Below are positions 1 to 13,522 of a stretch of 64,000 bases of DNA, piece after piece. Source of the stretch: Octopus vulgaris (taxonomy: Eukaryota); assembly GCA_951406725.2 (NCBI GenBank), contig OX597831.1, forward strand, positions 496,001-560,000, given 5' to 3'. The stretch's first letter is position 1; each line of letters starts with the position of its first letter. Below the pieces are notes generated by a model, which saw only the letters and a list, made by a program, of their open reading frames with translations, searched no databases and was not told the origin of the DNA. A program made the position numbers and the translations under genes.

Positions 1-692
1 GGTAATATATTACATGTAATTTGGATTCCCTGTTCTTGTTTGTTAAGGTTACAGCAGAACTAGTCCCCTTTCTAGAGAAGGCTAAAAGAGGACAAAGTGT
101 CAAGAGAAAAATCTGAGGTTGCTCAGTCTCTGGTTTGAAAAGCCTAATCTAATCAGTCCCCTATAGAAGTTTACTCAAAAATCCCCATATTTTTTATTAT
201 TTTCAAAATTGATGGAAACATTCAGATAATGTGCTTCATCAGGAATATGATCAGAAAAAAGAGACTGATTAGCAAAATCATTATAGTATTGGATAGACCA
301 TCAAATGTTATTTGTCCTGGTGCCTTACACTCAGAGATCAAATCCAGCCAAGGTCAACTTTGCCTTTCATTCTTTTGGGGTTGATAAAAAAAAAAAATCA
401 CCATGTGCAGGGTGGAAGATTGGAAGAACTGTTACAATGTTGAAAATGCCTTGATATTTTCCCCCCAGCTCTTTCTAATATGACAGCAACATTTGTGCTG
501 ATACTGATAACAAGCTGCATTGGCCCAAGTTGGTGGCTTTTCGCTTGGAAAGAGTAGACTTGCATGTATGGAGAACTGCCAGTCTTGCTCAAAGTATCTC
601 GCCCAGGATTGGATATATATGGGCAGATGAATGTTTAGAGTAGTGAAGGAGGTCCTATCCACTTACCTTTCACTCTATACACACATATAGTC

Positions 693-1095
693 TATGTGGC
701 TGCATGTTAAGAAGTTTGCTTCCCAACCACATGGTTCCAAGTTCAGTCCCATTATATGGCACCTTGGGAAAGAGTTTTCTACTATAGCCTCAGGCTAACC
801 AAAATCTTGTGAGTGAATTTGGTAGACAGAAACTGAAAGAAGTGCATTGTGTATATACACATATACATATCTGTTTGTGTATCTGTTTACCCCCACCACA
901 ACTTAGCAACCAGTGTTGGTTTGTTTACATCCCCATAACTTAGCAGTTCAGCAAAAAGAAACCAACAGAATAAGTATTAGGCTTCAAAAAAAAAAAGTAA
1001 GTACTGAAGTTACTTTATTTGACCAAGAAATTCTTCAAGACAGTACTCCACCATGGCAGCAGTCTAATGCCTAAAACAAGTAACAGACAGAAAAG
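693..1095 (+). mobile_element. SINE family A (tRNA-like head, central (TA)/(TG) tract), diverged copy
   Basis: Matches the family A pattern gtggctg..aagaagtttgcttcccaaccacatggttc..ggcaccttggg..ttggtagac.gaaactgaaagaag..cagcatggc..gaaacaagtaa seen >20 times in the window; boundaries approximate. Confidence 0.85.
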
Positions 1096-1114
1096 ACACA
1101 TACACATTATATAT

Positions 1115-1512
1115 AGGAGTGGTTGTGTAGTAAGAATCTTGGTTCTCGATCACATGGTTCCAGGTTCAATTCCACTGTGTGGCAGCTTGGGCAAGTGTCT
1201 TCAACTATAGCCTTGGGCTGACAAAAGCCATTGTGAGTGGATTTGGTAGACAGAAACTGAAAGTTCATCGTATCGTGTGTATATATATATATATATATAT
1301 ATTTATTTGTGTGTCTGTGTTTGCCCCCACCCCCCACCCCATCGCTTGACACCAATGTTGGTGTGTTTACATCCCTGTAATGTAGCGGTTTGGCTAACGA
1401 GACTGATAGAATAAGTACTATGCTTACAAAAAATAAGTTGTGGGGTTGATTTGTTTGACTAAAGGCAGTGCTCCAGCATGGCTGCAGTTAAATGACTGAA
1501 ACAACTAAAAGA
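1115..1512 (+). mobile_element. SINE family A, diverged copy adjacent to the previous one
   Basis: Same head/core/tail, ending ggcagtgctccagcatggctgcagttaaatgactgaaacaac. Confidence 0.9.
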
Positions 1513-1544
1513 ATATATATGTGCATATACGTGTGTGTATCTAT

Positions 1545-1587
<43 letters not shown>

Positions 1588-3319
1588 GTCACAAAAGCCT
1601 CAGGTTTATAAAGCCAGCAGAGAGTGAAGTGAAAGTTGTTTACAGTTTTGACATGCCTTTCCACAGATTTTAGAGTTGTGTTCCAAATTGAGAAAAAGCT
1701 TTTACATTAGACACAAGACAGCAATACCAACAGAACATAAAATTATATACTTTGAAGCACAAATGATGATTAAAACCAAGACTGATCAAAATTCATATCC
1801 GTGGTACTATCAAGGAGGAATTAAGACAACTAATTAACTTGATTTGCTTCTGTAATCCATCAGCGTAAACACTAAATAAAAAGTGGTATGCAGCAACTCA
1901 ACTAAAAATCTGTAAAAACAATACTATTTATAGAACTTTAGGCTGTACTGTGAGATTTTATATTACTGGAATTTAAATATCTATTCATGATAAAATATTA
2001 TTTCTGTGTAAGGATTGAACTGTACTGGTCAACTCTACAACTCATCTTACTATAATCTCAACTGAACCCATGTCTACAAGAAATGTGCCCATTATAGATA
2101 GAACTGGTCAAATCTAACTTTTCCTACAACAACAGAACCTACACAAACAAGGAGGACCTACAACAGCCAGTATGTTCACAGAGACAAACAGCATCATTCA
2201 GTAAACAAGGTTTAGTTACTGCTATTGTTTAGAACCTGATCAGCCCTCAACAGACTTGTGTCACAGGCGTTCTAGATTCTTTCAGACATACTGTATATAA
2301 TACTGTTATTCTTCCATTTTAAGATGGTATGGATTTGATTTAAGGGAGACTAGGTGGTTATTTGCAGGAGGCCAGGTGACCCCCAACCCCACTGTTACCA
2401 TCACATTTCGGATCTCTTGTTAATTTGTCATTATCATAAATATAATAAGTAGTGGATTAACATAGACAGTGCTGGATTAGGTGCCTACATACTATTTAGT
2501 TGCATTCCTTTTTATCCCTATCAAGTTTATCAGCTAAACACCAGTCATGTAGTTGTGCCTGTTAGAAATTATTACCATTGTTGCCATTTTAGGGATGATA
2601 ATAAAGCAAGCTGTGACATCCACACCTTCCTGAGGGAATTAGTATTACAAGCAAAGAAGTTTTGGGGGCTTGGTTAAAAATACATTAAAAGATTAGTAAA
2701 CATGACCCAAGGTAACTGTTTTCTCCTTTCTCTAAAAAAAAGTAGATTGTTTAAGAAGTATGACACAAGTCTGGAGGAAATGTACAACAAGATCTCACAA
2801 CAAAGACTGTGTATGCAAAAGAAAAGAGAAAGATAATGGATTATATCTCTATGTGCATGTGCAAATGGACTGTAAACTAGACATAACAATGACAAGATAT
2901 GGGCTCTTGAAGCTACTAATGACAAAATTGTTGGGATTAAATATTTTAATGTCATTAAATTGGGGTCTAGTAAATAAGGATGTCAGTGTTGTTAATTAAC
3001 TCCATATGAACCTTGATTGAGCAGACCTACGAACAAAGGCAATCCAACTAAGACCATCTCAGTGTTTTTTTCTCAGTTTTATGTACTCCAGCTTACATTA
3101 TCTAAAATATCCTTCATTTAGTATGGTAGTATGCAGCCTGAGTGAGATTTGGTTTCTTTTTCTAGCAGACTGAGATGCACAAAGGCCATTGTTTCGTGGA
3201 TAGACATTCTATACAGGCATTGAAATAACACACACAAAAATATGATTATGATAATCATGAATTAGGACTAAAAATATTTATGTTGTTAATAATATGACCT
3301 GAGAAAAATGTGTAATGTG

Positions 3320-3742
3320 TAATGTTACTTTCAGTCCCATCTGAGTCACTTTGGGCCAGTATCTTCTACAGTAGCCACTAGCTGACCAATGCCTTGTGAG
3401 AGGATTTGGTAAGTGAAAACTGCACAGAAGCCCACTGTGTGAGTGTGTATCGATTTGCCCCACCATTTGACAATTGGTATAGGTTTGAGAAAGAAGAGAC
3501 TGACAGAATAAGTACCAGGGTTGATTTGACTGAACCCTTTCAAGGTGGTGCTCCAGCATGGGGAGGGCTGGCTAAGTCAATCACATCAACCCCAGTACTT
3601 GATTGGTACTTAATTTATCGACTCTGAAAGAATGAAAGGTTAAAGTCGACCTCAGCAGAATTTGAACTCAGAACTTGAGACAAACAAAACGCAACTAAGC
3701 ATTTTGGTCAGCTTACTAACGATTCTGCCAGCTCGTCACCTT
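3320..3742. mobile_element. Partial SINE A (+) joined to SINE family B (-)
   Basis: 3320-3560 family A 3' part; 3570-3742 reverse complement of family B (ttatcgac..aaagtcgacctc.gc.gaatttgaactcagaa..ctgccagctcg); followed by (AAT)n at about 3745-3785. Confidence 0.75.
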
Positions 3743-3743
3743 T

Positions 3744-3785
<42 letters not shown>

Positions 3786-4392
3786 GTTGTAGCTTTGTTG
3801 TATTTGATCCTGTAAGTCAAATGAATAATAGTTTTAGTGTCAAAGGTGATATAATGGAAGTGTAAATATGAGGGCTATGTTAAATAAGGAGAAGAAACAA
3901 CAGCCGCTCTCTCAAACAATAAACACAACAGTTTCTGGTAGCTAAAACCTGACACAAGTTAACACAACTACACCTTCATGACAAGTCTGTGTGCAGATGC
4001 ATATTTATTTTCAGCTGTGTGTGTGAATGCCTTTCTCTGGTTGCATTTTTGTTTGGATTTTTAACACCTAAAATAGGGTCAGGACTCATAAAAAGCAAAC
4101 TGTATGGCTTTTCTGATGCTCTAACAGCCAATCCTATCGTTTCTTCACTTGACAAGTGGATGATTAATTCTCTGAACAAAACAGTTCATAATGCAAACCC
4201 CACAGCCTTGCCTTGTGTGAGAAACCATTTCACACCAACATAATAAATAAAAACAAATATGCTAGATGATAGAATATGTATATTTTTTACATTAAGTAAA
4301 TAGAGAAAGCGAATAATTTAATTTAATCTAGTGTTCAAATACTGTCTAGGTCAAGCTTGCTTTTCAAGCTCAACATAATTTGATCTGTAAGT

Positions 4393-4700
4393 GTAGGCAT
4401 GGCAGCATGTTTAAGAAACTTGCTTTGCAACCATGTGGTTTCAGGTTCAATCCTACTGTGCAGCACCTTGGGCTAGTGCCTTCCACTATATACCTAAATC
4501 AATTAATGCTTTTTGAGTGAATTTGGTACACAAAAACTGTGGAAGTTTGTGTACCAGCATACTTTTTGTTTGTGTTGACCTCACCACCATTAACAGGTCC
4601 ACAAAAGAAACGAATAGAAGATGTATCAGATGCAAAAAAACAAAACAAAACAAAAAGTACTTGGATTGATTTGTTCAACTAAACCATGAAGGTGGTGCCT
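4393..4700 (+). mobile_element. SINE family A, old degenerate copy
   Basis: Head aggcatggcagcatgtttaagaaacttgc..ggttcaatcc..gcaccttggg. Confidence 0.7.
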
Positions 4701-5290
4701 TTTTCAGTAAAGGCCTTAAAGTGTCTGTCAGTGGCAAATTATTATTCAAGAAAGCCATGAGAACACTCAGCACCACCCTTTCTCTCCCCGCCTGGAGTGC
4801 CAATGTAATAAAAGCTGTATATTCCACAAAAAGAATATCATTAAATCAAAATTGCTACCAACGGAAATATTACTTGAACTATCACATGCCATGCCTCTCA
4901 CAGAAGTTTGCAAAACCCAGCTGTTGGGTTATATGTGTGCGAGTGTAAATATCTATATATAATCTAAGTATGGTAAAATATATCAATAATATATTTTACA
5001 TAGTGCAAACATTAGCTGGTATAGAACTCAATTCACTGGGTCATATACTTGTGTGTATGTGTGTGTGTTTACACGAAGGTGAGGTAGGAGCAATCAATGA
5101 TTACAAGAGCAGGTGTCTGTGTATATAAAATATATTAGGAATATTATTTTGAGGAAGTAAAAACCAAATATTTCTTTTTCTCGTGTTAATTTCTATACAA
5201 AAACAAAATCAAGGAACAAATCAGTTCAATAAAAGCTCTTAATATATTCCAGTTATGGCCATCCTGTTATCTTTTGGATATATTAACCAT

Positions 5291-5499
5291 TTAAACTTTT
5301 TGATACCAACTCGCTCAACACTGACCATGCTTCCATGATACAAATTTCCCGTTTAAAAGCAATCTAAATTATAATCTTCCATCAAAATTCCATAGTTTAA
5401 CAGTGATAAAGTTATTTTACTAAATTGTTTGTTATTTTTGAAATTAGTAGCATCAAAGACAGTGTATTTCAAGAGAAATAAGGTAACAAAAGGATTTAA
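5291..5499. mobile_element. Degenerate TTAA-flanked (piggyBac-like) MITE related to 24077-24296, opposite orientation
   Basis: ttaa-actttttgataccaac ... gtaacaaaagga-tttaa ends; internal aagttattttactaaatt and atcttccatcaaa match the reverse complement of the 24 kb MITE. Confidence 0.65.
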
Positions 5500-6439
5500 G
5501 AGGAGAGGGTATGAGAGATCTGGTTATCCTATGCTTGTGAGTTGAAATCGAATGCAACCAACTTCTCTACTTTTCAGACAATCAAAATCAGTGAAATACA
5601 TTCCTTCTCATAACACAACCTATTCAATTCACAAACACACCCACTACATACTCAAGTGCTTTGTACTGTAAATAAAGACTTCCTGTGAAATGAAATTGAA
5701 GTATTGATAGATCTAAATGCACTCAAAACACACACACACACACACATTGAGCCACCAAGAGAATCTGTTAAGGCTAGATTGGATAATGTATTACTTAGTG
5801 TACATACACACAGGATGGCCACAAATGAAATACCATTGATCACATGCCTGCCAACTCGATCAACACTTACCTGGGGCTAAACAATAATTTTATAAGGCAG
5901 GGCTGTGTGGTAAGAGGTTCGCTTCCCAACCACATACTTCTGGGTTCAGTCCCATTGTGTGGAACCTTGGGAAAGTGTCTTCTACTGTAGCCCCAGGCAG
6001 AGCAAAGACTTTGTAGCCTTGTGAGTGGGTTTAGTAGATGGAAACTGTGTTTGTCCCCAATCACTTAACAACCAGTTAGATTATGCCCCTGCAACTTAGT
6101 GGCTTGGCAATACAGGACTTAAAAAAAAAAAATTATGTCCTAACAACATGGTTCTGGGTTCAGTTTCAATGCGTGGCATCTTGAGCAATGTTATAGCCTC
6201 CAGCTGACCAAAGTGTTGTGAGTCGATTTGGTATACAGAAGCTGAAAGAAGCCCAACGTATACATATATATAACAGGTACATGTATGCATGTATTGTGTG
6301 TCTTTCGGTCTGTGTTTGTCTCCTACCACCATTGACAACCGGTGTTGGTGTATTTACACCCCCAGAACAGTGGTTCATCAAAAAGACTGATAGAATAAGT
6401 ACTACACTTAAAAAGAAGTACTGGAGTCGATTTGACATA

Positions 6440-7641
6440 CCAGGCTGAGTAAAAAAGTAGGCAATGTTTTGAAACATGAAATTCATCACAATATATTTCA
6501 ACATTGTGGAAATTTTATTCATCAAAATAACTACCATTACAATCAACACATATTTGCCAATGAGTTACAACTTTATTCCAGTAACATAAAAATCTGGAGT
6601 TCTGGAGCTGACGAACTCTTTGAATGCACTATCAGCATCGGTTTGATTTTTGAACTCCTCTCGCAGGAAATCATCAAGGTGCTTGAAAAAGTGGAAGTTG
6701 GTAGGAGAAAGGTCTGGGGAATAAGCTGGGTGGAGAAGAACTTTGTAGCCAAGTTCCTTCAACTTCTGGAGTGTCATTTAGTGAAACATGTGGTTGAGCA
6801 TTGTCATGAAGAATGATTGGCCCTCTTCTGGGACAGAGGAGTAGCAGTTTTTTGTTCATTTTGGTAATTTCATGGCATTTCTACAGTAATGGTTTTTCTG
6901 GGTTTTTAAGAAGTTATAGTGGAGGAGTCCTGCAGTTCACCATAACCTTCTTTTTGAAGAGCTCGGGTTTAGGGAGCTTCATTTTGGTCCAACCACTGCA
7001 AAGTACGTTTTTTGTTATTGTACAGAATCTACTTTTTATCACAAGTCACAATACAGTTGAGAAATGGATCGATCTGGTTACAGAGAAAAAGTGAAGAGCA
7101 AATTTCATATCTGCTCATTTTCTGATTTTCATTAAAATCATGTGGCACCCAGTTGTCATGCTTTTTTGACTTTCTGATTGCATGCAAGTGGTTGCAGACA
7201 GTTTTCTGGCTAACTTGGGAGTTCTTTTGCCAGTGCTTGACTGTCATCGATGACAGGTGAGCGTCCACTATGCTTACGATTTTCAAAGCTCAGGTCTCCA
7301 CTGCAAAATCGTTTAAACCATTTTCAAGCTTATCACTCACTGGCCATTTCCTCACCAAACATTTCGTTGATATCGTGAGCAGTTGCAGTTGCTTTACGTC
7401 CTTTTGTTAAAGTTGAAGAGCAAAATTGCAAGAACATCGCACTTTGACAGTTCCATTTCAGATGATTGTAACAATGGTGAAAAGAAAATATCAACGTTAA
7501 TTTATTGATGCATTTAAACAAGGCTATGTCTGTATTATCAGACAATTGGAAAAGAATGTTTAAAAAAATATCAAAACTCTGCAAAGATCCGATACAAACT
7601 CTTCATGGTTCAAAACGTTGCTTAAATTTTATTCAACCTGA
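6440..7641 (-). mobile_element. Full-length decayed mariner DNA transposon (Hsmar1/SETMAR-like), about 1.2 kb, inserted in a SINE A
   Basis: About 40-bp imperfect TIRs (ccaggctgagtaaaaaagtaggcaatgttttgaaacatgaa vs reverse complement tcaggttgaataaaatttaagcaacgttttgaaccatgaa), TA at 6438-6439 and 7642-7643; host SINE A resumes at 7644. Confidence 0.9.
6500..7456 (-). pseudogene. Frameshifted mariner (DDD) transposase pseudogene
   Basis: Fragments: MELSKCDVLAILLFNF..GRKATATAHDINEMFG (N-terminal HTH), WVPHDF (WVPHEL), IVTCDKK, ILHDNAQPH, HPAYSPDLSPTNFHFF (YSPDL); several frameshifts and stops. Confidence 0.93.
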
Positions 7642-8258
7642 TATTTTTCAAAGTGGTGCCCCAGCATGACCGCAGTCTAATGACTGAAACAAGTAAAAGA
7701 TAAAAGATGGGGCAAGAAGCTAGTCGTGGAGAGAGGAGGCGGGCGAAGAAAGCAAGGTGAACTTCCTCAAAAAGACAAGATACCAACCTTAATTTTTGCA
7801 TCACGGATAGAAAGAATAGAGAAGGGAAGGTAGAAAAGTGAAATCAATAAATTCCAGCTAGCAGTTCGTCTTCTGCAGCTAAGAAATCTCAAAACACCCG
7901 CCTCTCATTCCAAAAACCATAGCAGAGAATTACGTAATGCTTAACAACAATGTACAAAAGCGGGGAAATTGGAAGAGAGCATAGAGAAACAGACATACGC
8001 ACAAGGAAAATCGCGTTGAGTATAGACGTGAAGGACAAGAAACTCGGAGTAACAAGAGAATATGAATAATGGGAAAAAAATTTGAACTAATTTCCTCACC
8101 TCCCGCACAAGATTAAGACACAAGTTTTTGGGTTTTTTTTTAAATGGTTATTGCGGAATGTGGAATGGGAAGGAGACACGAATGTAGTTCTTCTGGACAT
8201 TAATATGAAATGGACACGACCGACTTGAATACGTTTGCCATGAGTGTGTATGTATATA

Positions 8259-8302
<44 letters not shown>

Positions 8303-10929
8303 CACACACACACACACACACATTACACTAGACATGTGGGAATTGGGAAGATGACCTTATCTTTTCGTAAGATGGTTGAAGAATACGGAGAGAGAGAAGA
8401 GGGAAATTCTAAAATTTTCCAAGCAATTGCTTGCTCACATCCGACTATAAGCCATGTGTATCATACATATCGCTAGACGGTAGTTACACGTACACAATTC
8501 TTAAAACTGATACTAAACACAGACAAGACACATTTGGAGGGGCAGCATAGACTGAGGGGCTGTAATGCCCTTCATGGGAAAGAAAAGAATTCTCAACTGA
8601 GACCTTTAAGGACCGTCCAAAACTTATCACCTGACAGCAACCGCTACAGTGACGCGTGTGTGCCCTGGCATGGCCTTACCTATGACAGCATACCATAATC
8701 ACACAGTATGCGCCTTTAGCAGGGCATCATACTGATATATATGTATTATAGATACATGTATATTATATGCGAAACTGTTTATATTTCTGAGACACAAGGA
8801 AGATTGCTGGAGGGAGTTAAATTTTTTTAGGAAATTTGTTACTTATAAATCCCAAATATCGGGCCTCTAAATGATATATATGTTGGTACACTGTATACAT
8901 GCATGCGTGTGTGTGTGTTCATCTTTTCGTTGCCTGAAGGATCGCCCGTAAGTGGAAAAAAATGATGAGCAATGAAAGGGGTGAATCATCAGTTTCGAAA
9001 AACCTAATCTGAGCGTCGGTTCTTCCTTTAACCGTAACACCAACCCACGAGTGGCTGCAGCGGAACAAGAAACATTAACAAGAACCTTCTGTCTTGTGTG
9101 TCGGTTGAAGAGAAGGCGAGAGAAGGGGAGGGCACACGACCCCCGACCCCCATACATAATAAATCCAGGGAAAGAGGAGATTAACCAAGCAGGGAGCTAT
9201 GTACGTTTTTCACTAGAATCCTTAAAACAGTAGACAAAATCTTTCTCAAATTATACTACCGTTTCTTTTTATCCCCTCCCCTTTTTAAAAAGGAGACATG
9301 AATATCAGTTCTTGATATTACTAATGCCTCTGAAAATACAATGAAAAAGAAAATCAAGATTATCACGGTTGTATTAATAGGCCAGGTGGCTCGAATCGGG
9401 GGGGGGGTATAAACAATAACAAAAGGAGACCGATGGTATTCCGTTGGCTGATACGTCTGGAACTTAGTTAATCTATAACACAGGTACAACATCGATTTTC
9501 CGGAACCCGTTGGTCCCGAAGCCTTTCAGGATTATTGATTTTTTTTTTTCCGAACCGGGAGTGGTCACCTTGGCCAACACCCTCTAAATTAAACAAAATA
9601 TTAAATCTACTTAAATAAGTAAACGAAATACAAGTCCCTGCATATTAGTGTGAATAAGTGCGGTAAGTCGGTACTGTGCCTTTGGAGGAGGCGTTTAAAA
9701 ATCATTTTTACTCCCCATCGCATGGGTGGGGGTGAGACATCAATAAATAATGTGTGTGGGTGGTTATAATTGATTTGGTGATTCTTAAAAGTTCTTCGCT
9801 TGTAAGCTCCATTTCAGTTGGCAGAATCGTCAGAGTCGAAAGCTTCGCAGTGTTTATACTTGTCTTGAGTTCAAATAGCTGCAGAGGTCAACTCTGCCAT
9901 TCATTCTTTCGGCGTGGACACAATAAAGTACCAGTCAAGTACTTCATTGACTTAATCTTTTTTTCCCACGGAAGTAAGAGGAAGAGGCAATGGGACATTT
10001 TTTTAATAAATCATAGATGAAAATAGATGTAGTTATTAAAAATATTTCAAACAGTAAGTATATTAAGACACTTATTTGGAGACGACGCATGTCAATTTAC
10101 ACTCACAACCACTTCATATTCAAGAAAAAAGAAAACAGTTTAGGGCTAATTGCTTTTAAAATGAAACCGTAGGGATATGGCACAAAACGGTTGAAAGAGA
10201 GAAATGTCTTTGGTGACGCAATACAGCCAATAAAAAATGACTGATCGATAATGTTAGATGAAGAGGGGGTTTGTATTTTGTAGCGTTTTAGAAAATTTTA
10301 AACAAAGGAAATATTTAAGACTAACAGTAATCCTTATACACGTACAAGAAATATATTTCGTGGGAGCATTGTAGAAAAATCATGCAAGGTTTAAAACTAC
10401 ATAGCTTTAAGATTTTGAAAAACACAAGGTATGGTGTTCATAGCGATTGATTGGCGTGTGGAAGTGAAGATATATAGGAGATGAAAGCCCTTCCCCCACC
10501 TGTACAAATTTTCGTTGCAGTGTATTTGATAACCGTTTCGAAAGAAAAAAAATACGTATTAGAAAAGAAACGATCAAGAGAGAGAGGATGGGAGAGTTAG
10601 TAAACAGGTTGATAAGAGAGAGAGAAAGAAAAGAACAGTATCTAAGAGCGGACGAATACATATAGAAATAGCTTTGGATTAACATGAGGTAGAAACGGAA
10701 GGAGAGGAGGATGACGGACAAGAGAGAGGAGAAGGCGAAGGATTGAGTAGAAGCAAAGCGTAGCGAGAGAAAGGAGAGGAGAGGAGAAGGATGAGGTGTG
10801 AAATAGAGGAGGAAAAGGGGGGAGAGAGAGAGTATGAAGAAGTAACAAAACAAAAAGATAGGGAGGGAGTGGTGGGAGAACGCGTGGCACAGGAGGATGA
10901 GGAGCGGTAAGAGGTAAAGATTAAAATAT

Positions 10930-11733
10930 GTTTGGCTAGCTTGGTTCGGTGGAAGGTTTTGCTAACGAGCCGAGGTCATTATAGTGTGTCGCTGGTTGCC
11001 TGCCTCCGCCCACCACTACAGTACTATCTACTACTACGACTACTACCACCACCACCATCACTAACAGTCAGCATATAGCAATAGCAACGAGAAGACCCTC
11101 TCTGGTTATGTTACTATGTTTAACGAGAGAGAGAGAGAGAGGGCGGAGGAGATATTTAATAGGACCTCCACCGACCTAGACTACTATCACTCCACCACCA
11201 CTGCTAACCAAGGTTTTCTGACATGGCAGAACAAGCAAAGGTTTGTTTGAAAAAGAAACACACATATATATATATATATAAAACTCGAGGGACCACAATA
11301 AAGGAAAAAAAAAAGTGTATTTTTAAAAAAAAACAATCAAGTAATAAAATATCGTTATTAAAGTAACAGAATTATCAAAACCTAACTTAAATACGAAAAC
11401 GGGTGTGGGGGAAATGATTTGGTCGTGTGGTATTTAGGAGTCTAAGAAAATTGTTTCGAATTCCATTCCAAGGAAATCGGTTCCAATTACGTCGCTATTT
11501 CTTGACTACAGAAACCTCATGCCTGTGTGTGTACGTGACGCTAATTTTATCTTTTTCTAAGCTTATTTTATCTCCCAAATTTCTTTGAACACTAAATAAT
11601 AATTTTGTAAAAAGAACAGTAAAACCTCCCAGGGTCCATCAACGTTTCGTGACCATCATGATTATTCGTAAAAAAAGAATATATAAAACTTATAAAGTAG
11701 ATCACAGAGACGTGTCTGCAAATACCTGTTTAA

Positions 11734-11768
<35 letters not shown>

Positions 11769-11805
11769 CATGCAAAATAACAAACGAATGTACAGAAAGA
11801 GGAGG
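10930..11805 (+). promoter_or_regulatory. Candidate promoter and long non-coding first exon
   Basis: CpG-retaining unique sequence downstream of a GA-rich tract; ctccgccc GC-box-like motif near 11004; (CTA)/(CAC) triplet leader; possible donor gag|gtacgg near 11805. No transcript evidence. Confidence 0.25.
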
Positions 11806-12213
11806 TACGGTGATTCATTAACGAAAATATCAGCAATAATTGCTAGAAAATGTGAGAGGAAATGTCGAAGTAAAGTTTACATAAGCCAAACTCATTTTTA
11901 GTAAGACAGCCGAGTGAGGGGAAATTCGACAGCAGAACTTAATAAGCCCATTAATAATACCAACGACATTTATAGAAGAGATGCTTTATTCTCTAAAATG
12001 GTAATGTATGAAGACAATGTTTTAAAATGAACTTCGACAAATTGCAAAAAATCGAAAGCTATATATATATATATATATATAGTTATTGAAGTAGATAAAT
12101 GAATTATCTTATTACGGATTATTCAAATGATAACCGATACCTGGGTAGCAAAAATCACAACAGAAAAAGCACGGTTGAGGTTACGACCATGGGGCCTAAA
12201 ATCCTTCCTACAC

Positions 12214-12254
<41 letters not shown>

Positions 12255-13361
12255 ATGTGTGTAGTGTTCAGTACAGATTAATAAAAACGCATACACAATT
12301 ACATGCATGATATATTATATAACTATTAGTAAGGAAATGCATTTAAAACGCATAAAGATTAGAAATGGGAATTGCAAGGTAAAATAATAATAATAGTGAA
12401 ACTCTCTAACATATATATATATATAATAAGTAATAATATACATGTGAGTATAGCTAGCCAAAGTACTTTCCACTTCTAGTGTTGGAAAGACAGAAACGAT
12501 GGTAGTAGTAGTAGTTGTAATATAGCAGTCTAGTTTGCTCGAACAATAGATGTAAGAGGGGAGGAAACAGGAGAGACAAAGATAGAAAGAGCGTGGAAAA
12601 CATTTAGTGGACGACAGCAGAGACAATGAGTACAGGCCAACAACGCTCGCTGTTGTTATTATTGTTTAGCCCCGGGTCAACTCTGATAAAAAGCAGGCCG
12701 AAGATCTAAAAAATATTCCAGCCATGGCCATCCCATTTTTTACTACGTTACTTAATAAATCCTTTCTCTAACCACGGTGGGGTGCAACCGAGGGGGAGAG
12801 AAAGACTTATTTAACTAGCATCCGACGACCACGAAGGAACTCCTCGGTTGGTTAAGAGTAATGTAATGTGTCCTTCCTTCCTCACACTCAGGGTGACTAA
12901 TCTGCATCTATTTCTAGCAGGCCGAACGACCAAAGTATAAGAGTCTTTCGTCGTTGTAATTACTACAAGAATGGAGTGGCAGCCCCATCAACGACCTTCC
13001 CCTTCAGTGTGTTATGGTGGTGTTGGTGAAAGGCGGTAACGATGAACCAAGCAACGGAAACGAGATGGACTTGTGTATGCAACTTGATAAAACGAGGGCA
13101 AGCAGTAAGAGCTCAAGTGTTCTGATTTTTTTAAAAAATGGAAAAAAAAAAATATTTATAGATACATGGTCACATAATCCCACACGCACATCGTATGTCT
13201 GTGTGTATACATTATGTGCACGTACAATTCTTAAGACTTCCACATTGCGTGTGGGTGTATATGTTTATATATATATATATGTTATATATATATATATATA
13301 CATGCCTTAACACGTTTAGCAAAATACACAAGATAAATTGAAACAATAGTAGCCGAACATA

Positions 13362-13394
<33 letters not shown>

Positions 13395-13481
13395 ACTGTG
13401 TATATGTTTACGTGTACTTATGTTTCTTGTATATATACACACGTATATTAAATCCTGCGGACTGTAAATTACAGAACTTAT

Positions 13482-13522
<41 letters not shown>

